NCBI GenBank assembly: GCA_036679645.1
Contig: JAZDCY010000078.1
Location: forward strand, 1-41,367
DNA length: 41,367 bases
Source: Gemmatimonadota bacterium
Lineage (GTDB): Bacteria > Gemmatimonadota > Gemmatimonadetes > Gemmatimonadales > GWC2-71-9
Reading direction: 5' to 3'
The notes beneath the pieces were generated by a model, which was not told the origin of the DNA, did no database searches, and saw nothing but the letters and a program-made list of their open reading frames with translations. The position numbers and the translations under genes are program-made. Below, piece by piece: positions 28,077 to 36,012 of the stretch (the first letter of the stretch is position 1; each line of letters begins with the position of its first letter).

Positions 28077-29366
28077 TCAGCTAGCGCGAGCCTCGAACAC
28101 GGTCCGTCCCCCAACGACGGTCCGAGCGACCCGACCCGCCAGATCCCACCCAGCGAACGGCGTGTTCCGGCTCTTCGAGTAGAATCGACTTGGCTCGACG
28201 GTCCAGCGGGCATTGGGGTCGAACACCACAATATCCGCCGCCTGGCCGGGGGCGAGCGATCCGGCCGGCAGGTGAAACAGCCGGGCAGGAACGGTACTCA
28301 TGCGGGCCACCAGCTCCGGGAGCGTGAGCACCCCCTCCTCCACGAGCACCTTCACCGCTAGCCCAAGGGCGGTCTCGAGCCCGATGATCCCCATCGGCGC
28401 GTGGTCGAACGCCCGCTCCTTGGCGTCATAGTGGTGCGGCGCGTGATCGGTGGCGATGGCGTCGATGGTGCCGTCCTTGAGCCCCTCGCGAATTGCCGCG
28501 ACGTCTTCCGGCTCCCGCAGCGGCGGGTTCATCTTCGCGTTGGTGTCGTAGCCGTCACACGCCTCATGGGTGAGCGCGAAATGATGCGGGCAGGCCTCCG
28601 CCGTGACCCGGATCCCCTGGTCCTTGGCCCGCCGGATGATCTCGATCGACCCGCGCGTAGACATGTGGCAAAGGTGGACGTGTCCGCCCGAGAGGCCAGC
28701 CAGCAATACGTCGCGCGCGACCATGATCTCCTCCGCCGCTGCCGGAATGCCCTTGAGACCGAGACGCGAGGAGACCGTTCCCTCGTGCATCACCCCCCCA
28801 GACGCCAGCGTCGGCTCCTCACAGTGGTCCGCCACGGGAATGCCAAATGTCTGCGCGTACTCGAGCGCCGTACGCATGATGTGACCGGAGACAACGGGCT
28901 TCCCGTCGTCGCTCACCGCGACCGCCCCCGCGCCCACCAGCTCCCCGAACTCGGCCAGCTGGTCACCGCGCTGGCCCAGCGACACCGCGCCCATGGGATA
29001 GACGCGAGCGGCACCCGCGGCGGCAGCCTGTTTCACGATGAAGCCGACCGCGGCCTGGTTGTCGGTCACTGGATCGGTGTTGGGCATGGCGCAGATCGAC
29101 GTAAACCCGCCCGCGACGGCCGCCCGGGCCCCTGACGCCACCGTCTCGTTGTCCTCCTGCCCAGGTTCCCGCAGATGGGTGTGTACATCCACAAGTCCGG
29201 GGGCCACTACCAGCCCGGAGACATCGACCACTTCCGCACCGTCCGGACCCGGGATACGCGGCGAGACCGCCTCGATGCGCCCGCCGACAATGAGGAGATC
29301 CGCCACCTCATCGAGATCGCGCGAGGGATCGATCACCCGTCCCCCACGAAGCAGCATGGGGTTCAC
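28077..29366 (-). CDS. pyrC: Dihydroorotase (type I)
   Basis: [37 protein letters not shown]. Confidence 0.95.
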   Translation of the reverse strand: MNPMLLRGGRVIDPSRDLDEVADLLIVGGRIEAVSPRIPGPDGAEVVDVSGLVVAPGLVDVHTHLREPGQEDNETVASGARAAVAGGFTSICAMPNTDPVTDNQAAVGFIVKQAAAAGAARVYPMGAVSLGQRGDQLAEFGELVGAGAVAVSDDGKPVVSGHIMRTALEYAQTFGIPVADHCEEPTLASGGVMHEGTVSSRLGLKGIPAAAEEIMVARDVLLAGLSGGHVHLCHMSTRGSIEIIRRAKDQGIRVTAEACPHHFALTHEACDGYDTNAKMNPPLREPEDVAAIREGLKDGTIDAIATDHAPHHYDAKERAFDHAPMGIIGLETALGLAVKVLVEEGVLTLPELVARMSTVPARLFHLPAGSLAPGQAADIVVFDPNARWTVEPSRFYSKSRNTPFAGWDLAGRVARTVVGGRTVFEARAS

Positions 29367-30331
29367 GACGTGTCTCCCTTCGCCGCTTCCGCCCGGTCCG
29401 GCCGGCCGCCGGCCAGCAGGTAGAGCACCGCCATGCGCACGGCGATGCCGTTGGTGACCTGTTGCAGAATCACACTGTGCGGTCCGTCCGCAACCCGCGA
29501 ATCGATCTCCACGCCTCGGTTCATGGGACCGGGATGCAGAATCAACAGGTCCTTGGGCGCCCGCTCGAGCCGTTCGACCGACACCCCGAACACCCGGTAG
29601 TACTCACGTAGCGAAGGGATGAATCCACCCTGCATGCGCTCGAGCTGCAGGCGCAGGATATTGAGGACGTCCGCCCACGCTATGGCGTCCTCGATGCGCT
29701 TGAAGACCTGCACGCCGAGTTCTTCGATCCCTAAGGGAAGCAGCGATTTCGGGCCGCATACGGCCACCTCGGCACCCAGTTTGGTGAGTCCCCAGATGTT
29801 GCTGCGCGCAACCCGGCTGTGGAGGATGTCGCCGCAGATGCAGACCTTGAGACCCTCAATGCGCCCCAGGTGATCGCGTATGGTCAGCAGATCGAGCAGT
29901 CCCTGTGTCGGATGCTCGTGTGTCCCGTCCCCGGCATTGATGACGTTCGAGTTGATCCGGTCGGCGAGGAACTTGGCCGCTCCCGACGACGGGTGCCGAA
30001 TCACAACCATGTCGATCCGCATCGCCTCGAGATTGCGCGCCGTGTCCACCAACGTCTCGCCCTTCTGCACCGCCGACACCGACGACGCCACATTGACGGT
30101 GTCTGCCGATAGGCGTTTCTCCGCGAACTCGAAGGAGATGCGCGTTCGGGTAGAGGACTCGAAGAAGAGATTGACGATCGTCTTGCCGCGGAGCGTCGGC
30201 ACTTTCTTGATGGCCCGCTCGCTGACTTCCTTGAACGGCTCCGCCGTATCGAGAACGAGTCGGATCTGATCTGCGGTGAGCTCTTCGAGGCCAAGGAGAT
30301 CCTTGCCGAGGGGAGGCGGGGATCCGCTCAC
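29363..30331 (-). CDS. pyrB: Aspartate carbamoyltransferase catalytic subunit
   Basis: [44 protein letters not shown]. Confidence 0.97.
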   Translation of the reverse strand: MSGSPPPLGKDLLGLEELTADQIRLVLDTAEPFKEVSERAIKKVPTLRGKTIVNLFFESSTRTRISFEFAEKRLSADTVNVASSVSAVQKGETLVDTARNLEAMRIDMVVIRHPSSGAAKFLADRINSNVINAGDGTHEHPTQGLLDLLTIRDHLGRIEGLKVCICGDILHSRVARSNIWGLTKLGAEVAVCGPKSLLPLGIEELGVQVFKRIEDAIAWADVLNILRLQLERMQGGFIPSLREYYRVFGVSVERLERAPKDLLILHPGPMNRGVEIDSRVADGPHSVILQQVTNGIAVRMAVLYLLAGGRPDRAEAAKGDTS

Positions 30332-30882
30332 GCCTCTTCCCGCCGCACCGACTCGACCACGTCCCGCCCGTCCAGTTCCTCGATCAGCACGTCGATCCGG
30401 TCGGTGGACTCGGCCTCGACCCGCTGCCCGACGATGTCGGCCTGAATGGGCAGTTCGCGGCCCCCGCGATCGATCAAGACACAGAGCGCAATCCGCGCCG
30501 GTCGCCCAAAATCCGCTAGCTGGTCGAGCGCAGCGCGCGCCGTTCGTCCCGTGTACAGCACGTCATCCACGATCACGACGACCTTGCCCTCGAGATCATC
30601 CGGCAACCGGGTCTCGCCAATTACGGGTCGAGGCCCTACCGTCTGCAGGTCGTCTCGATAGAGGGTGATGTCAAGGGCGCCACGCGGCACGTCCACACCA
30701 TGTTCCGCACGAATGAGTGCGCCGACCCGTTCCGCTAGTTCCACACCTCGCCGCTGGATACCGATCAACACGAGCCGGTCGGTGCCCCCGGAGAGTTCGA
30801 CTATCTGCGTTGCCAAATGCTGGAGTGCTCGCGCGATCGCGCGAGCATCGAGAAGGACGTTGCGCTCACCGGCAACGGTCAT
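30328..30882 (-). CDS. pyrR: PyrR regulator / uracil phosphoribosyltransferase
   Basis: [39 protein letters not shown]. Confidence 0.95.
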   Translation of the reverse strand: MTVAGERNVLLDARAIARALQHLATQIVELSGGTDRLVLIGIQRRGVELAERVGALIRAEHGVDVPRGALDITLYRDDLQTVGPRPVIGETRLPDDLEGKVVVIVDDVLYTGRTARAALDQLADFGRPARIALCVLIDRGGRELPIQADIVGQRVEAESTDRIDVLIEELDGRDVVESVRREEA

Positions 30883-30893
30883 AGGTCGTGGGG

Positions 30894-30922
30894 AAGTTAG
30901 ACGCGGCTCCTCACTCGGTCAA
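30894..30922 (-). promoter_or_regulatory. Sigma70-type promoter TTGACC-N17-TAACTT for pyrRBC
   Basis: -35 at 30922-30917, -10 at 30899-30894; 11 nt between -10 and the pyrR ATG. Confidence 0.65.
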
Positions 30923-31005
30923 CGGACAAGCGGCGTGCGTGAGCGCCCCGTGAGCCCAGCGCGGTAGCGCGGTCCTCCAACCCGGGACGTCCGCCCGGGG
31001 ATCGG

Positions 31006-31064
31006 TCCAATCTCCAATCTCCAATCTCCAATCTCCAATCTCCAATCTCCAATCTCCAATCTCC
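31006..31064. repeat. Perfect heptanucleotide microsatellite (TCCAATC)x8
   Basis: Eight exact units 31006-31061 plus partial TCC, flanked by inverted CCCGGGGA / TCCCCGGG. Confidence 0.95.
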
Positions 31065-31143
31065 CCGGGGTAGAATGCCACACCGGAATCTCATATAATC
31101 CCCATCCGCAGGGATCAACGTCCTTCTGCGATATCAGCCAATG

Positions 31144-31230
31144 GGAGAGGTGTCCGAGTGGTTGAAGGAGCCGGTCTCGAAAACCGGTGGGCCCGTTCGG
31201 GTCTCGTGGGTTCGAATCCCACCCTCTCCG
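31144..31230 (+). tRNA. tRNA-Ser(CGA)
   Basis: Acceptor stem GGAGAGG/CCTCTCC, discriminator G, anticodon arm CCGGT-CTCGAAA-ACCGG, long variable arm, GGTTCGAATCC; CCA not encoded. Confidence 0.97.
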
Positions 31231-31234
31231 TAGT

Positions 31235-31274
31235 ACTGATAGACGCTCAGTTGCTCAGTTGCTCAGACGTATCG
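31235..31274. repeat. 8-bp tandem array downstream of the tRNA (same family as 9393-9496)
   Basis: ACTGATAG ACGCTCAG TTGCTCAG TTGCTCAG ACGTATCG. Confidence 0.75.
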
Positions 31275-31291
31275 GTTGGAGAACTAAGGGG

Positions 31292-31315
31292 GGGGAAGAC
31301 TTCCCCTTTCGTTTT
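31292..31315 (+). terminator. Putative intrinsic terminator after tRNA-Ser
   Basis: GGGGAA-GAC-TTCCCC stem followed by TTTCGTTTT. Confidence 0.5.
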
Positions 31316-31344
31316 GTCCGTCGGGGAGGGCAGATTTCGCCGCC

Positions 31345-31791
31345 ATGACCGATACGACACCGCGGCATCGCGACCTCGACAACTTCCCTGTGACGGTACG
31401 TATCCCGGTGCAGTGGGGTGAGTTGGACGCGTACGGCCACCTCAACAACACAATGGTGTTCCGGTATTTCGAGAGCGCTCGCATTGCATTCCTCGAGCGC
31501 TGCGGGTTCATCGCGTCGTACGACAACGACCGCATTGGAGCGATTCTCCACTCCACGGAATGCCGTTTTCGGCGACCGCTCTACTATCCCGACACGGTGC
31601 TGGTAGGTGGCCGGGCCCTCGATGTCTCCACCGATCGGTTCACTATGGAGTACCGCGTCGTGTCGGTCGAGCAGGACCAGGTTGCCGCGGACGGCCGGGG
31701 CATTGTCGTCTCGTTCGACTACAACACGCTGGCCAAGACCGCCATCCCCGAGGCCGTCCGCGAGGGGATCATGACGCTCGAGTCCGCATGA
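31345..31791 (+). CDS. Acyl-CoA thioesterase (4HBT hot-dog fold)
   Basis: [36 protein letters not shown]. Confidence 0.9.
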   Translation: MTDTTPRHRDLDNFPVTVRIPVQWGELDAYGHLNNTMVFRYFESARIAFLERCGFIASYDNDRIGAILHSTECRFRRPLYYPDTVLVGGRALDVSTDRFTMEYRVVSVEQDQVAADGRGIVVSFDYNTLAKTAIPEAVREGIMTLESA

Positions 31792-33237
31792 CGGACCCGC
31801 GCTCGGCGGGCAGACCCACCCACTCCATCAACCCGCCGGAAGTATGGATGCCGGCTCATCGCATTGCGCTGGCCGTGCGACGGCCCATCGAGCGGTTTCT
31901 TCACGTGCAGGCGGCCAGCGGCATCGCGCTCCTCGTGGCGGCAGCGGTGGCACTGATCTGGGCCAACTCGCCGTGGCACGAGAGCTACGGGCATCTGTGG
32001 GAATCGCGCATCACGCTCGGCATCGGCCGGTTCCAGAGCGTGGAGTCACTGCATTTCTGGATCAACGACATCCTGATGACCGTGTTCTTCCTGGTCGTGG
32101 GCCTCGAGATCAAGCGCGAGATGACGCAGGGGGCGCTGGCGGACGTGCGTCGCGCGGCCCTGCCGGTCGCGGCCGCCATCGGCGGCATGATCGTCCCTGC
32201 GGGCATTTACCTGGCACTCAACACCACGCCGGTGACACGGGACGGGTGGGGCGTGCCGATGGCGACCGACATTGCGTTTGCGGTCGGCGTGTTGACGTTG
32301 CTGGGAAGCCGAGTTCCTGCGGCACTGCGGGTCTTGCTGTTGGCGGTCGCCATCATCGACGACATCGGTGCGATCGTCGTGATAGCAGTGTTCTACTCAG
32401 CGGGATTCGCCCTGCAAGGACTCGCGATCGTGGTGGGCGGGTTGATCTTGCTCCTCTTGCTGCCGCGTATGGGCGTCCGCCCGGGATGGATCACGATTCT
32501 GCCGCTTTTCGTGATCTGGATGGGGTTGTACCACACCGGCGTCCACCCGACGCTGGCCGGAGTGATCGTCGGCCTGGCTACGCCGGCGCGTTCGTGGGTG
32601 GGACGCGAGGGATTCGTGAATGTGGCACAGGAGGCCGTGCAGGACTTCGAGGAACGCATGAAGCGGGAGGCGGACGACCACGAGTTGATCGCCCCCCTCG
32701 ACCGCATCGCCTTCGCGCGTCGCGAGGCGCTTTCTCCGGCATTGCGCGTGCAGACGACGCTACATCCGTGGGTGGGGTACCTCATCATGCCGCTCTTTGC
32801 GTTCGCGAACGCCGGGGTCCGGTTGGAAGGCATGCGGTTCGATGCCCCGGGCGCCGTGCCCGTACTGCTCGGCGTTTCGCTCGGGCTGCTGCTTGGCAAG
32901 CCGGTGGGCATTGTGCTCGCAAGCTGGGTCATGGTCCGCCTACGGATTGGTGTCCTCCCCGCTGGCGTGGGATGGCGCGAGGTCACGTTGGTGGGCGTCG
33001 TCGCCGGCATCGGCTTCACGATGGCAATCTTCATCGCGGAGTATCGCCAAGCTCGGCATCCTCACTGCGACCGCCGCGGCCGGCGTCATTGGCCTCCTCT
33101 TGGGAGGTGCCATGCTCCGGCGGGAACCGGCCACGCGGAGCCTCTCCGACAGTGACGTGGAATCATCGACCGACGTGTGGGTGTCCGGAGTGCGCGACTC
33201 TGCCTCCCGGACCTCCGAGATGCGCTCCCCTGAGTAG
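31788..33237 (+). pseudogene. nhaA: Second NhaA paralog, frameshifted by a short deletion at ~33041 before the last TM helix
   Basis: ATG 31788 (ATGA overlap); [30 protein letters not shown], then frame breaks; [20 protein letters not shown] continues in another frame to TAG 33237; the LAF loop is missing. Confidence 0.82.
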
Positions 33238-33243
33238 CACCGA

Positions 33244-33269
33244 CATCCCGCCTTTCCGCCCTCCCGCCA
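33244..33269. repeat. 8-bp tandem array nearly identical to the one inside mutL
   Basis: CATCCCGCCTTTCCGCCCTCCCGCCA vs CATCCCGCCTTCCCGCCCTCCCGCCA at 13772-13797 (25/26). Confidence 0.75.
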
Positions 33270-33270
33270 C

Positions 33271-34512
33271 CTAGAACCGCGGATTGACGATGTTGTTGAA
33301 GATCGAGCCGAAGGTGTAGCTGAAACTCAGATTGGCGTTGTACTCGAAATCCGTTCCGAGCTGCCGGCGCCGGAGCAGGCGTTCCTCCGGTGAGAGATCC
33401 TCAGCCGGCAGGTTGATCTGATCTTTGACCCGGGCGACGCTCGCGAACAGGTTCAAGCGCAGCCCCCGAAACACACGCAGGTTGAAACCACCGAACAGCT
33501 CGATACGGTGCTTGTCCAAGTCGTCCAGAAACTGACCTGCCTCGAGCCGCCCAAACACATTCCCCCACGGCTGCTGCGCTCCCACACTGATCTCGAGGAT
33601 ATGTCGCGGCAGCGTTTCCTGTTCCTTATCGAAGATCGTAATCTCTTCATAGTTGAAGTGCGAAACGCTGAGCGTGTATTGGACCGTGATCTCGCGGCGC
33701 GTGGACTCGGAGTAGGGGTAGAGGCTGAACTCGACCGCTGGACCAACATCGAGGGAAAGATCAAAGTTCGCGAACGTCGAAGTATTCGATCGCACGAGAA
33801 ACCCGGCCGACCAGTGCGGCCCCAGGCTCCACACGGAGGTCGCCGCAAAGAAGATACTCCGCGACGTGTTGATGAACGTCTCGGTCTCGTCCAGCTCGAA
33901 CTCGCTACGGCTGTAACGCGCGCGGCCAAACAAATTGAGCTTCCACACCTCCGTCACGCGGTTGGCCTGAATCCGGCCATTCCCGGAATAGTTGCGCTGC
34001 TGTTCCTCGCCCCGGATCGACCCCCCGGCCCCAAACTCGAACACCCAGAAGTTCCACGGGTCGTGGGTCGGTCCGGCCGATAGATCCACGCTCGGGGCCT
34101 CGTAGGAGATCTCGATCCGATCGGCGATCGGGGTGCCCACGGTGAAGCGCACCAACCCCAGCGCGAGCGCCCGCGTCAACGCATCGCGTCTTTCGGAGTC
34201 CGTGTCCGTCGTATTCGTCACGAACCGCAGGGTGTCCACACGGCCAACGAACCGACCGCGGCCCACGAGATTCAGGGTGACTTCCCGGCCGCCGCTGCCG
34301 GTCTGCTGTGACACGCCCAACACGTGAATCTGTGCCACTTCGCGGTCCCGTACCCAATTGACGAACCCGATCTCCCGCCGCAGATGATCGAAGTCGCAGT
34401 GCAGGCTCTGGCAATCCAAGAACACCCGCAACGCCTCGCGTTCCTGCGCCGCCGTCGAGGCGAGCGGGAGCGCACAGGCGATGGCCACGAGCAGCAGGTC
34501 GTTTGGTCGCAT
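33271..34512 (-). CDS. Hypothetical outer-membrane beta-barrel protein with small N-terminal domain
   Basis: Signal peptide, VFLDCQSLHCDFD domain, amphipathic beta strands, ends FSYTFGSIFNNIVNPRF. Confidence 0.75.
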   Translation of the reverse strand: MRPNDLLLVAIACALPLASTAAQEREALRVFLDCQSLHCDFDHLRREIGFVNWVRDREVAQIHVLGVSQQTGSGGREVTLNLVGRGRFVGRVDTLRFVTNTTDTDSERRDALTRALALGLVRFTVGTPIADRIEISYEAPSVDLSAGPTHDPWNFWVFEFGAGGSIRGEEQQRNYSGNGRIQANRVTEVWKLNLFGRARYSRSEFELDETETFINTSRSIFFAATSVWSLGPHWSAGFLVRSNTSTFANFDLSLDVGPAVEFSLYPYSESTRREITVQYTLSVSHFNYEEITIFDKEQETLPRHILEISVGAQQPWGNVFGRLEAGQFLDDLDKHRIELFGGFNLRVFRGLRLNLFASVARVKDQINLPAEDLSPEERLLRRRQLGTDFEYNANLSFSYTFGSIFNNIVNPRF

Positions 34513-34589
34513 GCGTCCTTGTCTACCACGGTGAGAACTGGATTCGGACGCCGGAATCTAACCGGTCAGACCCGTTAGACCCGACGCAA

Positions 34590-34618
34590 TTGACCGGGGT
34601 TCCGGCGGGACCTATGTT
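34590..34618 (+). promoter_or_regulatory. Sigma70-type promoter TTGACC-N17-TATGTT
   Basis: -35 at 34590-34595, -10 at 34613-34618; GGAGG RBS before ATG 34649. Confidence 0.65.
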
Positions 34619-34648
34619 CTTGCACTCGTCGAGGATAACGGAGGAACG

Positions 34649-35932
34649 ATGAAGCGTTGGTTCGGTGCCCTAATCTGTGCAGCCATCCTGCTGTCGGCCA
34701 CGTTGGCGGAAGCGCAATCGTTGCGCAGCCGCATTGGCAATCTCTTCACGTTCGGTGACTGCGGGCTCCCGCTGTGTCTCGATCTCGGAACCGAGCACGG
34801 CCAACACTTCATACCCGCCGTCGCCGCGGGAGAGCTGGGGATCATCGGGTTCGTGACCGAGGCCATCGGGCGAAGTACGCAACGGGTCCCCCTCGCCGCC
34901 ACCAGCTCCGGTGAGACGTTCTCCATCGTGGGGGGGCTGCCGGTGCGGACGTCGACCTCCGCCGGCCCGATCTTCGGCGAGCGGTCACAGACGCTGGGAC
35001 GCGGGCGATTCTATCTCGGAGCCAACGTCAGCGGGATCAACCTGACGTCCATTGGCGGCGTGCCGCTCGAAAACATCACGATCAATTTTGGGCACCAGGA
35101 CGTGGGCAACCCCGGCCTCGGAGATCCGAACTTCGAGAACGATCTGATCCAGTTGCGACTCGCACTCGACCTCAACATCACGGTAGCAACGCTCTTTGCG
35201 ACCTGGGGTATTGCCGATTTCGTCGACATCGGCGTGGTGGTGCCCTTCGTGCGGGCATCGATCGTCGGTGCGAGCGAAGCTCAGATTCTGCCGTTTGGCA
35301 CCGGCACGTCGCCGCTGCACCGGTTCGCCGGCACACCCACGGACCCCGTGCTGCGGGCGTCCGCGTCCATGGAGGGCTCCTCGACAGGCATAGGTGACGT
35401 GGTCGGCCGCCTGAAGATCAACCTCGGTCAGAGTCAGCGCGCCGGCGCGGCCCTGCTCGCTGACGTGAAGTTCGCCACCGGCGATGAAGACGAGCTGCTT
35501 GGGTCGGGAGCGTCAGCTGTCCGTGCCCTGGCCATCGGATCGCTCCAATTCGGTAATTTCAGCCCGCATCTCAACTTCGGGTATGTCACCCGTTCCGGCG
35601 AGCTGGAGAACGACGCCATTCTCGCCACAGTAGGCTTCGACAATCTGATGACGAGTTGGGCGACCTTTGCTTTCGACCTCGTCTCCGAATGGCAGCTCGG
35701 AGACAACAAGATCGAGCTCCCGGGCGATATCATCTACGTAACACCGTTCGACCGCCGCCTCTCGAGCGTCGACATTCCGAGCGACCGCGAGAACATTCTC
35801 AACGCTTCCGCCGGCGTCAAGTTCACCCTCCGTGGCGGGACGGTTCTCGTCATGAACGGACTAATGCCACTGCGTGACGTCGGCTTGCAGCCCGACTTTG
35901 TGTGGACCGTAGGATTGGAGTACGCCTTCTAG
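34649..35932 (+). CDS. Outer-membrane beta-barrel, transporter-like (GIGD strand motif)
   Basis: Signal peptide ending AEA-Q, GPIFGERSQTLGRG, TGIGDV, ATGDEDELLGSG, C-terminal beta-signal VGLEYAF. Confidence 0.8.
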   Translation: MKRWFGALICAAILLSATLAEAQSLRSRIGNLFTFGDCGLPLCLDLGTEHGQHFIPAVAAGELGIIGFVTEAIGRSTQRVPLAATSSGETFSIVGGLPVRTSTSAGPIFGERSQTLGRGRFYLGANVSGINLTSIGGVPLENITINFGHQDVGNPGLGDPNFENDLIQLRLALDLNITVATLFATWGIADFVDIGVVVPFVRASIVGASEAQILPFGTGTSPLHRFAGTPTDPVLRASASMEGSSTGIGDVVGRLKINLGQSQRAGAALLADVKFATGDEDELLGSGASAVRALAIGSLQFGNFSPHLNFGYVTRSGELENDAILATVGFDNLMTSWATFAFDLVSEWQLGDNKIELPGDIIYVTPFDRRLSSVDIPSDRENILNASAGVKFTLRGGTVLVMNGLMPLRDVGLQPDFVWTVGLEYAF

Positions 35933-36012
35933 AACGTTGAACATCGAACGCTGAAGGTCCGACGAAGGAACGACATTCTGTTCTCCGTTGGACGTTCAAC
36001 GTTCGGCGTTCG
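35932..36012. terminator. Hairpin of inverted 7-bp arrays between convergent genes (possible bidirectional terminator or RNA-stabilising element)
   Basis: GAACGTTGAACATCGAACG (35932-35950) pairs 17/19 with CGTTGGACGTTCAACGTTC (35986-36004); no U-tract. Confidence 0.5.

Noticed and set aside
31094..31099. TATAAT as the tRNA promoter -10 box
   Set aside because: Plausible but no matching -35 at 17 nt; not enough support to list as a feature
30897..31118. 73-aa ORF with GDWRLEI repeats
   Set aside because: Simply the translation of the (TCCAATC)n microsatellite; no RBS or other support
31158..31421. 87-aa ORF
   Set aside because: Overlaps the tRNA gene and repeat array; spurious
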